Shown one piece after another: positions 38,659-49,034 of a DNA stretch of 64,000 nucleotides. The position numbers and the translations under genes are program-made. A model generated the notes under the pieces. That model was not told where the DNA came from. It saw nothing but the letters and a program-made list of their open reading frames with translations, and made no database searches. The DNA comes from Rubrivivax sp. (lineage in GTDB: Bacteria; Pseudomonadota; Gammaproteobacteria; Burkholderiales; Burkholderiaceae_C): the NCBI GenBank assembly GCA_026785885.1, contig JAJAZC010000006.1, positions 463 to 64,462 on the forward strand, read 5' to 3'. Each line of letters begins with the position of its first letter. Positions within the stretch are counted from its first letter, which is position 1.

Positions 38659-39684
38659 ATGGACGCTTCTTACTTTCTGATCTCGCTGCTCAACGGCCTG
38701 TCGGTCGGGTTGTTGCTGTTCATGCTGGCGTCGGGGCTAACGCTAATCTTCAGCATGATGGGTGTGCTCAACTTTGCGCACGCCAGCTTTTACATGGTGG
38801 GGGCCTACGTGGCCTACACCATCACGCAGGCCATCGGCTTTTGGTGGGGCCTGTTGTTGGCACCGCCCATCGTCGGCTTGATGGGTGCGGCTTTCGAGCG
38901 TTACGCGCTGCGCCGCGTGCACAAGTTCGGCCACGTGCCGGAGCTGCTGATCACCTTCGGCCTCAGCTACATCCTGCTGGAGCTGGTGCAGCTGGTGTGG
39001 GGCCGCCAGGCGCTGAACTTCCAGCCGCCGCCTGCATTGCAGGGGCCGCTGTTCACGATCATCGACCTGCCGGGTTCACTGCAATTTGCCTGGGGCTCGC
39101 CACCCGAGATGTGCCGCAGCCTGGCCGGCGCGGTGTGCACGCAGTTCCCGACCTTCCGGGCCTTCGGTATGGCGGTGGCGGTGCTGATGCTGGTGGCTGT
39201 GTGGCTGCTGCTGACGCGCACCCGCATCGGCTTGGTGATCCAGGCCGCGCTGACGCACCCGGACGCGGTGGAGTCGCTGGGTCACAACGTGCCACGCGTG
39301 TTCATGCTGGTCTTAGGCGGCGGCACCGCACTGGCCGCTCTGGCCGGCGTGATCGGCGGTGCGATGCGCGTCACCGAGCCGTCGATGGCGCTGGCCGTCG
39401 GCGCGGTGGTCTTTGCAGTCATCGTGATCGGCGGCATGGGCTCGCTGGCCGGTGCGTTTGTCGCAAGCGTCGGGCTGGGCTTGATCGATAGCTTTGCCGT
39501 CAGCAGCGACCGCTCGCTGGCCGATATCTTTCGCACCGTCGGCCTGAGCATGACGCCCGACACCTTCGGCTACGTGGTCTGGAGCGTGAAGATGAGCCAG
39601 GTCGCGGCGATCCTGCCGTACCTGCTGCTGGTGCTGATCCTGATCTTCCGGCCGAAAGGTCTGTTCGGCACGCGGGAAGGCTGA
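38659..39684 (+). CDS. Liv-type ABC permease (LivH-like)
   Basis: GLTLIFSMMGVLNFAHASFYM, TRIG, GGMGSL.GA, RPKGLFG. Confidence 0.93.
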   Translation: MDASYFLISLLNGLSVGLLLFMLASGLTLIFSMMGVLNFAHASFYMVGAYVAYTITQAIGFWWGLLLAPPIVGLMGAAFERYALRRVHKFGHVPELLITFGLSYILLELVQLVWGRQALNFQPPPALQGPLFTIIDLPGSLQFAWGSPPEMCRSLAGAVCTQFPTFRAFGMAVAVLMLVAVWLLLTRTRIGLVIQAALTHPDAVESLGHNVPRVFMLVLGGGTALAALAGVIGGAMRVTEPSMALAVGAVVFAVIVIGGMGSLAGAFVASVGLGLIDSFAVSSDRSLADIFRTVGLSMTPDTFGYVVWSVKMSQVAAILPYLLLVLILIFRPKGLFGTREG

Positions 39685-39686
39685 TG

Positions 39687-39763
39687 GTGCCCCCGAGCTC
39701 GCTATCGCTCGCTACCCCCCAAGGGGGCCGTCCGCCAGCGGCCCGGCGGAGCCCTATCCGCGG
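39687..39763 (+). repeat. ~75-bp palindromic dispersed element (MITE/REP-like), intergenic copy
   Basis: gcccccgagctcgctatcgctcgctaccccccaagggggccgtccgccagcggcccggcggagccctatccgcg; aligns with the reverse complement of 42310-42383. Confidence 0.75.
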
Positions 39764-39771
39764 CGGCAAGT

Positions 39772-41091
39772 TTGATGAAAATGGGGCCTAGCGTGGGTCA
39801 CGGCAAGGTTTACCGCTTCAAGCCCTACAACGTCGGCCGCTGGGTGGTCTGGGGCGGCTATGCACTGGTGATGTTGGCCGCGCCGCTGTTGTGGAAGAGC
39901 AGCCTGTCGCTGACCATGCTGTCGCAGATGGGCATCGCGATCATTGCCTGCTTGGCCTTCAACATGCTGCTGGGACAGGGCGGCATGTTGAGCTTCGGCC
40001 ACGCCGTCTACTCCGGCCTGGGTTCGTTTTTCGCGATGCACGCCATCAACCTGGCCGGGCAAGGCCAGATCGTGATGCCGATCAGCCTGGTGCCGCTGGT
40101 AGCCGGCGTTTTCGGCGCGTTGTTTGCGGTGCTGCTGGGCTACGTCACCACCAAAAAGGCCGGCACGCCCTTTGCGATGATTACGCTGGGTGTCGGCGAG
40201 CTGGTTGCGGCCATGGCCTTGATGTTCCCGGGCTTCTTCGGCGGTGAAGGTGGCATCAGCGGCAACCGGGTGCAGGGCGCGCCTTTTCTGGGCATCACCT
40301 TCGGGCCGCAGGTCCAGCTGTACTACCTGATCGCGATCTACACCTTCGTGTGCACGGCGCTGATGTTTGCCTTCACGCGCACGCCGCTGGGCCGCGTGCT
40401 CAATGCCGTGCGTGACAACCCGGAGCGCGTGGAATTCATCGGCTACAACACGCAGTTCGTGCGCTACTTTGCTTTCATCGCCAGCGGTTTTTTCATGGGT
40501 ATCTCCGGCGGCCTGGCAGCGCTCAACTTCGAGATCGTGACGGCCGAGGTGGTGGGCGCCACACGCTCCGGCGCCTATCTGCTGTTTACTTTTCTCGGCG
40601 GCGCCATCTTCTTCTTCGGGCCGATCATCGGCGCCGTGCTGCTGGTGCTGGCGCTGGTGCTGCTGAGCGAGCTGACGCAGGCCTGGCTGCTCTACCTCGG
40701 GCTGGTGTTCACCTTCATGGTGATGTTTGCGCCGGGCGGCATCAGCAGCCTGATCATGATGAACCTGCGCGTGGCCAGCTTCGGCAAGCTGCGGCCGCTG
40801 CTGGCTTCGTACCTGGCGCTGGCCGGTGCTGCTGCCACGGTGCTGCTGGGTGCTTCGGTGATGATCGAGATGCTGTACCACCAGCAGCTCAACGCAGCGC
40901 TCGGCCCGACGATGAAATTCCTGGGTGCCAGCATCGACACCGAAGGTTTCGACAGCTGGTTCGGCGCCTGTTTCGTGTTGCTGGTCGGTGCGGCTTTGTT
41001 CGAGGTGGTGCGGCGGCAGTTCGTGCACGAATGGGGTTGCACGCAGGAAGCCATCGAGCGCGAAATCAAGAAGCGCGAGGCGGCTGCATGA
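39772..41091 (+). CDS. Liv-type ABC permease (LivM-like)
   Basis: FNMLLGQGGMLSFGHA, FAMITL, GGEGG, AVRDNPER, GPIIGA. Confidence 0.93.
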   Translation: MMKMGPSVGHGKVYRFKPYNVGRWVVWGGYALVMLAAPLLWKSSLSLTMLSQMGIAIIACLAFNMLLGQGGMLSFGHAVYSGLGSFFAMHAINLAGQGQIVMPISLVPLVAGVFGALFAVLLGYVTTKKAGTPFAMITLGVGELVAAMALMFPGFFGGEGGISGNRVQGAPFLGITFGPQVQLYYLIAIYTFVCTALMFAFTRTPLGRVLNAVRDNPERVEFIGYNTQFVRYFAFIASGFFMGISGGLAALNFEIVTAEVVGATRSGAYLLFTFLGGAIFFFGPIIGAVLLVLALVLLSELTQAWLLYLGLVFTFMVMFAPGGISSLIMMNLRVASFGKLRPLLASYLALAGAAATVLLGASVMIEMLYHQQLNAALGPTMKFLGASIDTEGFDSWFGACFVLLVGAALFEVVRRQFVHEWGCTQEAIEREIKKREAAA

Positions 41092-41993
41092 CGGGCATGC
41101 CCGACGCTGCACAGCGGCCTGCAACCGGCGCGCCGCCGGCCGCAGAAAGCCTTTCTCGGGACGGCACCACGGCGTTCGCGCTCGAGCTGCGGGACGTGCG
41201 CAAGAGCTTCGGCAAGGCCGAGATCATCCGCGGCACCAACCTGCAGGTGCGCCCGGGCGAGCGCGTGGCCTTGATCGGCCCCAACGGCGCCGGCAAGAGC
41301 ACGTTGTTCAACCTCATCAGCGGCCGCTTCGGCGTCAGCTCGGGTGACGTGCTGCTGCACGGCCGGCGGCTCAACGGCCTGAAGCCGTATGAGATCAACC
41401 GCCTGGGCCTGGCGCGCAGCTTTCAGGTCAGCAATTTGTTCACACGGCTGAGCGTGTTCGAGAACCTGCGCTGCGCGGTGCTGTGGAGTCTGGGCTACCG
41501 CTACAGCTTCTGGCGCTTCTTGGCCGACGCGCGCGATGCCAACCGCCGTGCCGATGACGTCATGGCCATGATCAAGCTCGACCGCCGCCGCGACGTGCTG
41601 GCCATGAACCTGACCTACGCCGAGCAGCGCGCACTCGAGATCGGCATCACCATCGCTGGCGGTGCCAGCGTGATCTTGCTCGACGAGCCCACCGCCGGCA
41701 TGAGCCGCAGCGAAACGTCGCGCTTCGTCAACCTGATCCGCGAGATCACGGCCGGCAAGACGCTCTTGACCGTGGAGCACGACATGGGCGTGGTCTTCGG
41801 CCTGGCCGACAAGATCGCCGTGCTGGTGTACGGCGAGGTCATCGCCTTCGACACGCCGGAGAAGGTGCGCGCCGACGAGCGCGTGAAGGAGGCCTACCTG
41901 GGCAGCGTGCTGGCGGATGGGCAGGCCCAAGGGCCAGCCCAGGGGCAGGCGCAGGGGCAGGCTCCGGCCGAGGCTCAGGCCGCGGGGCATTGA
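41088..41993 (+). CDS. Liv-type ABC ATPase (LivG-like)
   Basis: GPNGAGKST, ARSFQ, LLDEPTAG, VEHDM, EAYLG; GQAQ-repeat tail. Confidence 0.93.
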   Translation: MTGMPDAAQRPATGAPPAAESLSRDGTTAFALELRDVRKSFGKAEIIRGTNLQVRPGERVALIGPNGAGKSTLFNLISGRFGVSSGDVLLHGRRLNGLKPYEINRLGLARSFQVSNLFTRLSVFENLRCAVLWSLGYRYSFWRFLADARDANRRADDVMAMIKLDRRRDVLAMNLTYAEQRALEIGITIAGGASVILLDEPTAGMSRSETSRFVNLIREITAGKTLLTVEHDMGVVFGLADKIAVLVYGEVIAFDTPEKVRADERVKEAYLGSVLADGQAQGPAQGQAQGQAPAEAQAAGH

Positions 41994-41994
41994 C

Positions 41995-42765
41995 GTGCTG
42001 AAGCTCACCGACGTCCACGCCTATTACGGCAAAAGCCACGTGCTGCACGGCGTGCACTTTGAGGTGCGGCCCCATGAGATCGTCGCGCTGCTGGGCCGCA
42101 ACGGCTCAGGCCGCAGCACCACCGTCAAGGCCATCATGGGTCTGGTCGATTGCACCGGCCATGTTGTCTTCAAAGACCGCGAGCTGCTGGGCCACAAGGC
42201 CTTCGAGATTGCCCATGCCGGCATCGGCTACGTGCCCGAGAACCGCGACATCTTTCCGACGCTGACGGTGCACCAGAACCTGTTGCTTGGGCAGAAGGGC
42301 CGCAGTGGTTTGCGAATCCGGGTTCCGCGGGCCGCAAACGCACCCCCCTGGGGTGCAGCGAGAGCAGCAAGCGTGGGGGCGCGTGAACGTAGATGGAGCT
42401 TCGACGACATGTACACGCTGTTTCCGCGCTTGAAGGAGCGGCAGCACACCGAAGCCGGTGTCCTCTCGGGCGGTGAGCAGCAGATGCTGACGCTGTGCCG
42501 CACGCTGATGGGCGACCCCGAGCTGATCATGATCGACGAGCCGACCGAAGGCCTGGCGCCCAAGATCGTCGAGCTGGTGGCGCAGTACCTGCGTGAACTG
42601 AAGCGGCGCGGCATCAGCGTTTTGCTGGTCGAGCAGAAGTTGACGATCGCGCTGGAAGTCGCTGACCGTTGCCTGGTGATGGGCCACGGGCAGATCGTGT
42701 TCGAAGGCACACCGACCGAGCTGCGCGGCAATGCCTACATCCGCAAGGAATGGCTCGAAGTCTGA
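41995..42765 (+). CDS. Liv-type ABC ATPase (LivF-like) carrying an in-frame palindromic-element insertion
   Basis: GRNGSGRST, YVPE, FPRLKER, LSGGEQQML, DEPTEGLAP, VEQ; GTG start. Confidence 0.92.
   Translation: MLKLTDVHAYYGKSHVLHGVHFEVRPHEIVALLGRNGSGRSTTVKAIMGLVDCTGHVVFKDRELLGHKAFEIAHAGIGYVPENRDIFPTLTVHQNLLLGQKGRSGLRIRVPRAANAPPWGAARAASVGARERRWSFDDMYTLFPRLKERQHTEAGVLSGGEQQMLTLCRTLMGDPELIMIDEPTEGLAPKIVELVAQYLRELKRRGISVLLVEQKLTIALEVADRCLVMGHGQIVFEGTPTELRGNAYIRKEWLEV
42310..42383 (-). repeat. ~75-bp palindromic dispersed element, intragenic copy within livF
   Basis: Reverse complement gcccccacgcttgctgctctcgctgcaccccaggggggtgcgtttgcggcccgcggaacccggattcgca matches 39687-39763. Confidence 0.75.
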
Positions 42766-42775
42766 GCCGGGACGT

Positions 42776-42795
42776 ACGACGCCGGAAGGCGTCGT
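42776..42795 (+). terminator. Hairpin after liv operon (GGAA tetraloop; weak U tract)
   Basis: acgacgcc-ggaa-ggcgtcgt. Confidence 0.45.
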
Positions 42796-42893
42796 TCGGC
42801 GGGCGTTGGCGCGAGCGCGATTTCGCGCACGTGCTGACGCGCAGCACCGGCCCGTTGTCACTGCAGCGACATCGGCCGGCCTTTTGCGCCCAA

Positions 42894-42916
42894 TAGAATC
42901 GAACGACCGTTCTATT
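42894..42916 (+). promoter_or_regulatory. -10 box TAGAAT overlapped by palindromic operator AATcGAACGacCGTTCtATT (FadP/TetR-type)
   Basis: Dyad directly upstream of the beta-oxidation genes; resembles the Burkholderiales FadP motif as I recall it. Confidence 0.7.
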
Positions 42917-42938
42917 TTTATCTGCTTGAGGAGACGCC

Positions 42939-45077
42939 ATGGGCGCCAAGTACGAAACGCGCGGCAAGGTTGCCGTCATCACACTGGACAACCCGCCGGT
43001 CAATGGCCTGGGCTTCGAAACACGCACCGGCATTGCTGCGGGCATCGAGCGCGCGCTGGCTGATGCGGCCGTCGTGGCCATCGTGCTGACGGGTGGCGGC
43101 CGGGCTTTCTCGGGCGGTGCCGACATCAAGGAATTCGGCAGCTCCAAGGCCATCGCCGAGCCCAACTTGTTGAGCCTGATCCGGCTGCTGGAAGACGCGC
43201 CCAAGCCGGTAGTGGCTGCCATCAACGGCGTCGTGATGGGCGGCGGATTGGAGCTTGCTCTGGGCTGCCACTACCGCCTGGCCGTGGCGGGTGTCGATGT
43301 CGCGTTGCCCGAGGTCAAGATCGGCCTCATTCCAGGTGCCGGCGGCACGCAGCGGCTGCCGCGTGTGCTGGGGGTGGAGACGGCGCTGAACATGATCGTC
43401 AGCGGCGAGCCGGTGAAGAGCGAGCTGCTGGCTTCGCTGCCCGGGCAAAAGCTGTTTGAACCTCTCGTTGCCGGGGACCTCATGACAGCGGCCTGCAGCT
43501 TTGCCGAAACCAAGGCCGCCGAGCACGCCGGCAGCGGTGCGCCGCTGCCGCGGGTGCGTGACCTGAAGGCCCGCCACGACAACGCCGATGCCTACTTCGG
43601 CTTCGCGCGCAACATGGTCAAGGGCATGGCCAAGCACTTTCCGGCACCGGCGAAGTGTGTCGACGCGGTGCAGGCCAGCGTCGGCAACAGCTTTGACGAC
43701 GGCATGGCGCTGGAGCGCGACATTTTCATCGCGCTGATGATGACGCCCGAGAGCAAAGCGCTGCGCCACGCCTTCATCGGCGAACGTGCTGCAGCCAAGA
43801 TTGCCGACGTGCCGCAAGACACACCGCTGCGCGCCATCAAGAAGGTGGCGGTCATCGGCGCCGGCACGATGGGCGGCGGCATCAGCATGAACTTCCTGAA
43901 CGCCGGCATCCCCGTGACGATGCTGGAAACCAAGCAGGACGCGCTGGACCGCGGCGTGGCCACCATCCGCAAGAACTACGAATCGCAGTTGAAGAAGGGC
44001 AAGCTGAAGGCAGACAAACTCGATCAGCGCATGGGCCTGCTGAGCACGACGCTGAACTACGCCGACATAGCCGACGCTGACCTGGTGATCGAAGCCGTGT
44101 TCGAGGAGATGGGCGTCAAGGAGCAGGTCTTCAAACAGCTGGATGCGGTGATGAAGCCCGGCGCCATTCTGGCCAGCAACACCAGCACGCTGGATGTGAA
44201 TCGCATTGCGTCGTTCACGCAGCGGCCGCAAGACGTGGTCGGCATGCACTTCTTCAGCCCGGCCAATGTCATGAAGCTGCTGGAGGTGGTGCGCGGCGCG
44301 GCCACGGCCAAGGACGTGCTGGCCACCGTGATGCGCACCGCCAAGACCATCCGCAAGACCGCGGTGGTCAGCGGCGTTTGCGACGGCTTTATCGGCAACC
44401 GCATGATCGAGCAGTACAGCCGCCAAGCCGGTTTCCTGCTGGAAGAAGGCTGCACGCCGGCGCAGGTGGACAAGGCGGTGGAGAAGTTCGGTTTTGCGAT
44501 GGGCCCGTTCCGCATGGGTGACTTGGCCGGCAACGACATCGGCTGGGCCATCCGCAAGCGGCGCTATCAAGACAAGCCCGGCATGCGCTACAGCAAGACC
44601 GCGGACCTGCTGTGCGAGATGGGCCGCTATGGCCAGAAGACGGGCGCCGGCTGGTACGACTACGTTCCGGACAAACGCGACGCAATTCCGTCAGCGCTGG
44701 TCGTGCAGATGATCGAGGACCACCGCAAGACGCTGGCGACCGCGGCGCGCGCGGGCGGTGAGCCGGTGCTGGCGCAGCGCAAGATCAGCGACGACGAGAT
44801 CGTGCACCGCCTCGTGTATGCACTCGTCAACGAAGGCGCCAAGATCCTCGAAGAAGGCATTGCCGGCAAGGCCAGCGACATCGACATGGTCTACCTCACC
44901 GGCTACGGTTTCCCGCTGCACCGCGGCGGGCCCATGTGTTATGCCGACAGCCAAGGCTTGTTCAACGTCGTGCAGACGATGAAGAAGTTTGCGGCGAACC
45001 CGCATGACGACGCCAGTTTCTGGCAGCCCGCACCGCTGCTGGCGCGGCTGGCCGCCGAGGGCAAGAGCTTCACGTGA
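42939..45077 (+). CDS. Bifunctional enoyl-CoA hydratase / 3-hydroxyacyl-CoA dehydrogenase (FadB/PimF-like)
   Basis: DNPPVN, FSGGADI, GGGLELAL, PGAGGTQRLPR, GAGTMGGGI, EAVFE, SNTSTL, HFFSPA, GFIGNR. Confidence 0.95.
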   Translation: MGAKYETRGKVAVITLDNPPVNGLGFETRTGIAAGIERALADAAVVAIVLTGGGRAFSGGADIKEFGSSKAIAEPNLLSLIRLLEDAPKPVVAAINGVVMGGGLELALGCHYRLAVAGVDVALPEVKIGLIPGAGGTQRLPRVLGVETALNMIVSGEPVKSELLASLPGQKLFEPLVAGDLMTAACSFAETKAAEHAGSGAPLPRVRDLKARHDNADAYFGFARNMVKGMAKHFPAPAKCVDAVQASVGNSFDDGMALERDIFIALMMTPESKALRHAFIGERAAAKIADVPQDTPLRAIKKVAVIGAGTMGGGISMNFLNAGIPVTMLETKQDALDRGVATIRKNYESQLKKGKLKADKLDQRMGLLSTTLNYADIADADLVIEAVFEEMGVKEQVFKQLDAVMKPGAILASNTSTLDVNRIASFTQRPQDVVGMHFFSPANVMKLLEVVRGAATAKDVLATVMRTAKTIRKTAVVSGVCDGFIGNRMIEQYSRQAGFLLEEGCTPAQVDKAVEKFGFAMGPFRMGDLAGNDIGWAIRKRRYQDKPGMRYSKTADLLCEMGRYGQKTGAGWYDYVPDKRDAIPSALVVQMIEDHRKTLATAARAGGEPVLAQRKISDDEIVHRLVYALVNEGAKILEEGIAGKASDIDMVYLTGYGFPLHRGGPMCYADSQGLFNVVQTMKKFAANPHDDASFWQPAPLLARLAAEGKSFT

Positions 45078-45118
45078 TGCAGTGCGTCGGCTCTTGGGCG
45101 CGACGGCCAAGGCTGCGC

Positions 45119-46603
45119 ATGATCAAGCGCGGCGTTCAGGTATCGCTGGCACTGGTGGTGTTGCTGGCGGTCTTGTTGGCTGTCGTGCTGGTGGCCAACA
45201 CGCTGCGCCAGGGCTCGCGCCAGCTGCAGGTGCAGCCACTGGCCAAGCTGGCTGCCGACGGTGATGCGGTGGCGCAATCGCTGGCTGTGGCCGTGCGCGC
45301 CAGGACCATCAGCGGCTTGCTCGATCCGGCCGGCACCGCGGCTGCGTTCGACACGCTGCACGCGCACCTGCTGGCGCGCTATCCGCAGGTGCACAGCAAG
45401 CTGCAGCGGGTTGTCGTCGGCAACCACGGACTGCTTTTCACCTGGCCTGGCAGTGATGTGCAGTTGCCCGCGCTGGCGCTGCTGGCGCACCAGGACTCGG
45501 TGCCGATCGCAACCGGCACCGAGCCGCTGTCGAAGAAGCCACCGTTTGCCGGTGTCATCGAAGACGGCAAGCTGTGGGGCCGCGGCGCGCTGGACAACAA
45601 GTCCAACCTGATTACGCAGCTCGAAGCCGTGGAGATGCTGCTGCAAAGCGGCTTCCAGCCCCGGCGCACGGTGATCTCCGTGTTCGGCCACGATGGAGAG
45701 GTCGGCGGGCTCCAGGGCGCACGGCAAATCGTGGCCTTGCTGCAGCAACGCGGCGTCAAGCTCGGTTCGGTGCTGGACGAAGGCCTGGCGGTCACCGAAG
45801 GTGTGCTCCCCGGCGTCAAGGCGGCGCTGGCGCTGATTGCGCTGGCAGAAAAAGGCATCGTGTCGCTCAAGCTCGTTGCCAGCGCGCCGCCTGGCCATTC
45901 GTCGATGCCGCCGGCCGCCGGCAACAGCGCCATCGGTATGCTCAGCGCTGCGCTGGTGCGGCTAGAGCAGCAGCCGATGCCCGGTGGCATCAGCGGTGCA
46001 GCAGTCGAGATGTTTGCCGCCGTCGCGCCCGAGTTGCCCTTTGGTCAGCGCCTGGCGGTGTCCAACCTGTGGCTGTTTCGCCCGCTGTTCGAGCGCATGC
46101 TGGGCAGCGGCGGCGGCGCCACCAACGCGATGCTGCGCACGACGACGGCACTCACCATCGTCAACGCCGGCAACAAAGAAAACGTGCCGCCGGGCAGCGC
46201 CGAGGCGGTGGTCAACTTCCGCATCCTGCCCGGTGACACCAGCGCGGGCGTGGCCGCGCATGTCAAACGCGTGATCGCCGACGAGCGCATCGCCATCGTG
46301 CCGCTGGGTGCAATGGCGGAGCCGTCCAAGCTGTCGGCTAGCCAGAGCGATGCATTCCGCCTCGTCGAGCGCACCGTGCGCGAAGTTTTCCCGGACGCGT
46401 TGGTAGCACCCGGGATGATGCTGGCCGCATCCGACGCGCGGCACTTCGACGCCATTGCGGAGCAGAGCCTGCGCTTCATGCCGATCCGCTTCAAGCCCGA
46501 AGACCCGGCCCGTGTGCACGGCACCGATGAGCGCATCGCCGTGACGCAGCTGGTCCACATGGTCCGGTTCTATCACCGGCTGCTTTCGCAGGCAGCCGGG
46601 TGA
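45119..46603 (+). CDS. M20 metallopeptidase (carboxypeptidase S / PM20D1-like), catalytic Glu replaced
   Basis: N-terminal [24 protein letters not shown] (canonical DEE), DEG, GHSS.P, HGTDERI. Confidence 0.85.
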   Translation: MIKRGVQVSLALVVLLAVLLAVVLVANTLRQGSRQLQVQPLAKLAADGDAVAQSLAVAVRARTISGLLDPAGTAAAFDTLHAHLLARYPQVHSKLQRVVVGNHGLLFTWPGSDVQLPALALLAHQDSVPIATGTEPLSKKPPFAGVIEDGKLWGRGALDNKSNLITQLEAVEMLLQSGFQPRRTVISVFGHDGEVGGLQGARQIVALLQQRGVKLGSVLDEGLAVTEGVLPGVKAALALIALAEKGIVSLKLVASAPPGHSSMPPAAGNSAIGMLSAALVRLEQQPMPGGISGAAVEMFAAVAPELPFGQRLAVSNLWLFRPLFERMLGSGGGATNAMLRTTTALTIVNAGNKENVPPGSAEAVVNFRILPGDTSAGVAAHVKRVIADERIAIVPLGAMAEPSKLSASQSDAFRLVERTVREVFPDALVAPGMMLAASDARHFDAIAEQSLRFMPIRFKPEDPARVHGTDERIAVTQLVHMVRFYHRLLSQAAG

Positions 46604-46664
46604 CAACGGCTGCCTGCGCAACATCGCAAGCCGCCTTCCGACACAACACCCGAGGACACACGCC

Positions 46665-47840
46665 ATGACCCAAGCCGTCATCGTCTCCACCGCCCGCACG
46701 CCACTCGCCAAGAGCTGGAAGGGTGCTTTCAACATGACCCACGGCGCCACGCTGGGCGGCCATGCGGTCAAAGCCGCGGTTGAACGCGCCGGGCTCGACG
46801 GCGCCGAGATCGACGACGTCATCATGGGTTGCGCCAACCCCGAAGGCGCCACCGGCGCCAACATCGCGCGCCAGATCGTGCTGCGCGCCGGGCTGCCCAT
46901 CACCACCAGCGGCGTCACCGTCAACCGCTTTTGCAGCAGCGGTCTGCAAACCATCGCCATGGCGGCGCAGCGCATCGTGGCCGGTGAGGGCGACATCTAC
47001 ATCGGTGGCGGTGTCGAAAGCATCAGCTGCGTGCAGCAAGAGATGAACACCCACATGCTGGCCGACAGCTGGCTGGCCAAGAACAAGCCCGAGATCTACT
47101 GGAACATGCTGCAGACCGCAGAGCAGGTTGCCAAGCGCTACGGCGTCAGTCGCGAGCGCATGGACCAGTACGGCGCAGCCAGCCAACAGCGCGCCGCCGC
47201 GGCACTCGAGGCCGGCAGGTTCACCGACGAGATCGCGCCGATCACCGTAACCGCCGGTGTGGCCGATGCGGTGATGGGCTTGCGCAGCAAGGAAGTCACC
47301 GTCAGCAACGACGAAGGCATCCGCGCCGGCACCACTTACGAAGGCATCAAGGACATCCGCCCGGCCATCCCCGGCGGCGTCATCAGCGCCGGCAATGCCA
47401 GCCAGTTCAGTGACGGTGCAGGCGCGTGTGTGCTGATGCACGAGACTGTCGCCGAGCGCAAGGGATTGCAGCCGCTGGGCCGCTTCCTCGGCTTTGCGGT
47501 GGCCGGCTGCGAGCCAGACGAGATGGGCATCGGCCCCGTCTTCGCGGTGCCCAAGCTGCTCAAGCGCCTGGGTCTGACAGTCGCCGACATCGACCTGTGG
47601 GAGCTCAACGAAGCCTTCGCGGTACAGGTGCTGTACTGCGCCGACACCCTGGGCATCCCGATGGACCGCCTCAACGTCAACGGTGGCGCGATCGCGGTCG
47701 GCCACCCCTACGGCGTCAGCGGCCAGCGCCTCACTGGCCACGCACTGATCGAAGGCAAACGCCGCGGTGCGAAGAAGGTCTGCGTCACGATGTGCATAGG
47801 CGGCGGCATGGGCGCTGCGGGCATCTTCGAGGTGCTGTGA
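46665..47840 (+). CDS. Acetyl-CoA C-acyltransferase (thiolase)
   Basis: [45 protein letters not shown]. Confidence 0.96.
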   Translation: MTQAVIVSTARTPLAKSWKGAFNMTHGATLGGHAVKAAVERAGLDGAEIDDVIMGCANPEGATGANIARQIVLRAGLPITTSGVTVNRFCSSGLQTIAMAAQRIVAGEGDIYIGGGVESISCVQQEMNTHMLADSWLAKNKPEIYWNMLQTAEQVAKRYGVSRERMDQYGAASQQRAAAALEAGRFTDEIAPITVTAGVADAVMGLRSKEVTVSNDEGIRAGTTYEGIKDIRPAIPGGVISAGNASQFSDGAGACVLMHETVAERKGLQPLGRFLGFAVAGCEPDEMGIGPVFAVPKLLKRLGLTVADIDLWELNEAFAVQVLYCADTLGIPMDRLNVNGGAIAVGHPYGVSGQRLTGHALIEGKRRGAKKVCVTMCIGGGMGAAGIFEVL

Positions 47841-48610
47841 TGGCGGCAGCGGTGGTGCAGCGCCGCAGCGTGCTTGCCGTCGGTGCTGCTGCCTCGTTGG
47901 CCGCTCCTCTGGCTATGCCTTTGGCCATGCCGCTGGCGGCGCGCGCGAAAGCGCCGGCAGGCGCTGCCGCCTTGACGGCCGAGGCCGCCACGCAGGACGT
48001 GCGCGTGCGGCGCCGCGCGCTAACCGCGCTGCACCCGGCGCTAACCAAGTACCGCACGCAGGCCGAGATCGAGGCCGCGCTGGCCGGCTTTGAGGCGCGC
48101 GGCCATGCAGCGCGCAGCCCCGGCGTGATGCTGCTGGCGGCCGCCGAGATGGCCGCGGCCATCCGTTGCGGCCACACCTGGACCAACGTCTACAACCAGC
48201 AGCGCGGTGCGCGCAGTTCGCTGCTGGAAGGCCGCGACAAGTTGCCGCTCAAGATGACGCTGTTGCAGGGGCGCTGGTTGGTGCTGGCCAGCGCAGAGCC
48301 TGCCGTCCGCGCCGGCGACGAGATCACCAGCGTCGACGGCGTGGCTGCAGCCGCGATGGGCGGCTAATGCCGTACCTGCGCGCCGACGGCTCCAGCGACG
48401 GCAAGCGCCTGCGCCAGCTGGGACACGACCGGCTCGACTACAGCCAGCTCGACATGTTGTGGCCGCTGCTCGCGCCGCCGCAGGACGGCGGCCGCATGCT
48501 GGGTCTGCGGCGCGGTGGTGCCGGGGCGGTGCAGCAGGTGCGCGTGGCCACCACCACGCTGGCCGCGCGCGACATTGCCGGCGCTGGCGCACGGCGGGCC
48601 GGCTTGACGC
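47840..48610 (+). pseudogene. Tat-exported S41-family peptidase remnant (frameshifted and truncated)
   Basis: QRRSVL Tat signal; LHPALTKY, IRCGHT, RAGDEITSVDG, then stop at 48367; continues in another frame as LMPYLRADGSSDGKR...; no catalytic C-terminal domain before the next gene. Confidence 0.7.
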
Positions 48611-48620
48611 AGCATTCCGC

Positions 48621-49034
48621 ATGGACCTGAACGCACTCCGCGGCTTCTTCAAAACGTCGCCGTACATGGTCGACCTCGGCGTCGAGCCGGTGGCCGTGGC
48701 GCCTGGGCAGGTGAGCACGGTCTTGACCATCACGACCCGCCTGCACCAGCACACCGGCCAGGTGCACGCCGGCGTGATGGCCACGATGGCCGCCCACACC
48801 ATGGGCAGCGCGGCGCAGACGCTGGCACCCGCTGGCCACTGGGCCATCACCGCAGAGCTCAAGACCAGCCAGCTGCGGCCGGCGCGCGGCGAGCGGCTGG
48901 TGTGCGAGGCCGTCGTCATCAAGGCCGGCAAGACGCTCAGCTTCACCGAAGCCGCGGTCTACGCGGAATCGGCCGGCCAGCGGGTGCTGGTGATGAAGGC
49001 CTCGGCCACGATGGCCCTGGTCAAGCAGGACTGA
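48621..49034 (+). CDS. PaaI-family thioesterase
   Basis: PYMVDLG, QHTGQVHAGVMATMA.HT, ELKTS.LRPA. Confidence 0.85.
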   Translation: MDLNALRGFFKTSPYMVDLGVEPVAVAPGQVSTVLTITTRLHQHTGQVHAGVMATMAAHTMGSAAQTLAPAGHWAITAELKTSQLRPARGERLVCEAVVIKAGKTLSFTEAAVYAESAGQRVLVMKASATMALVKQD

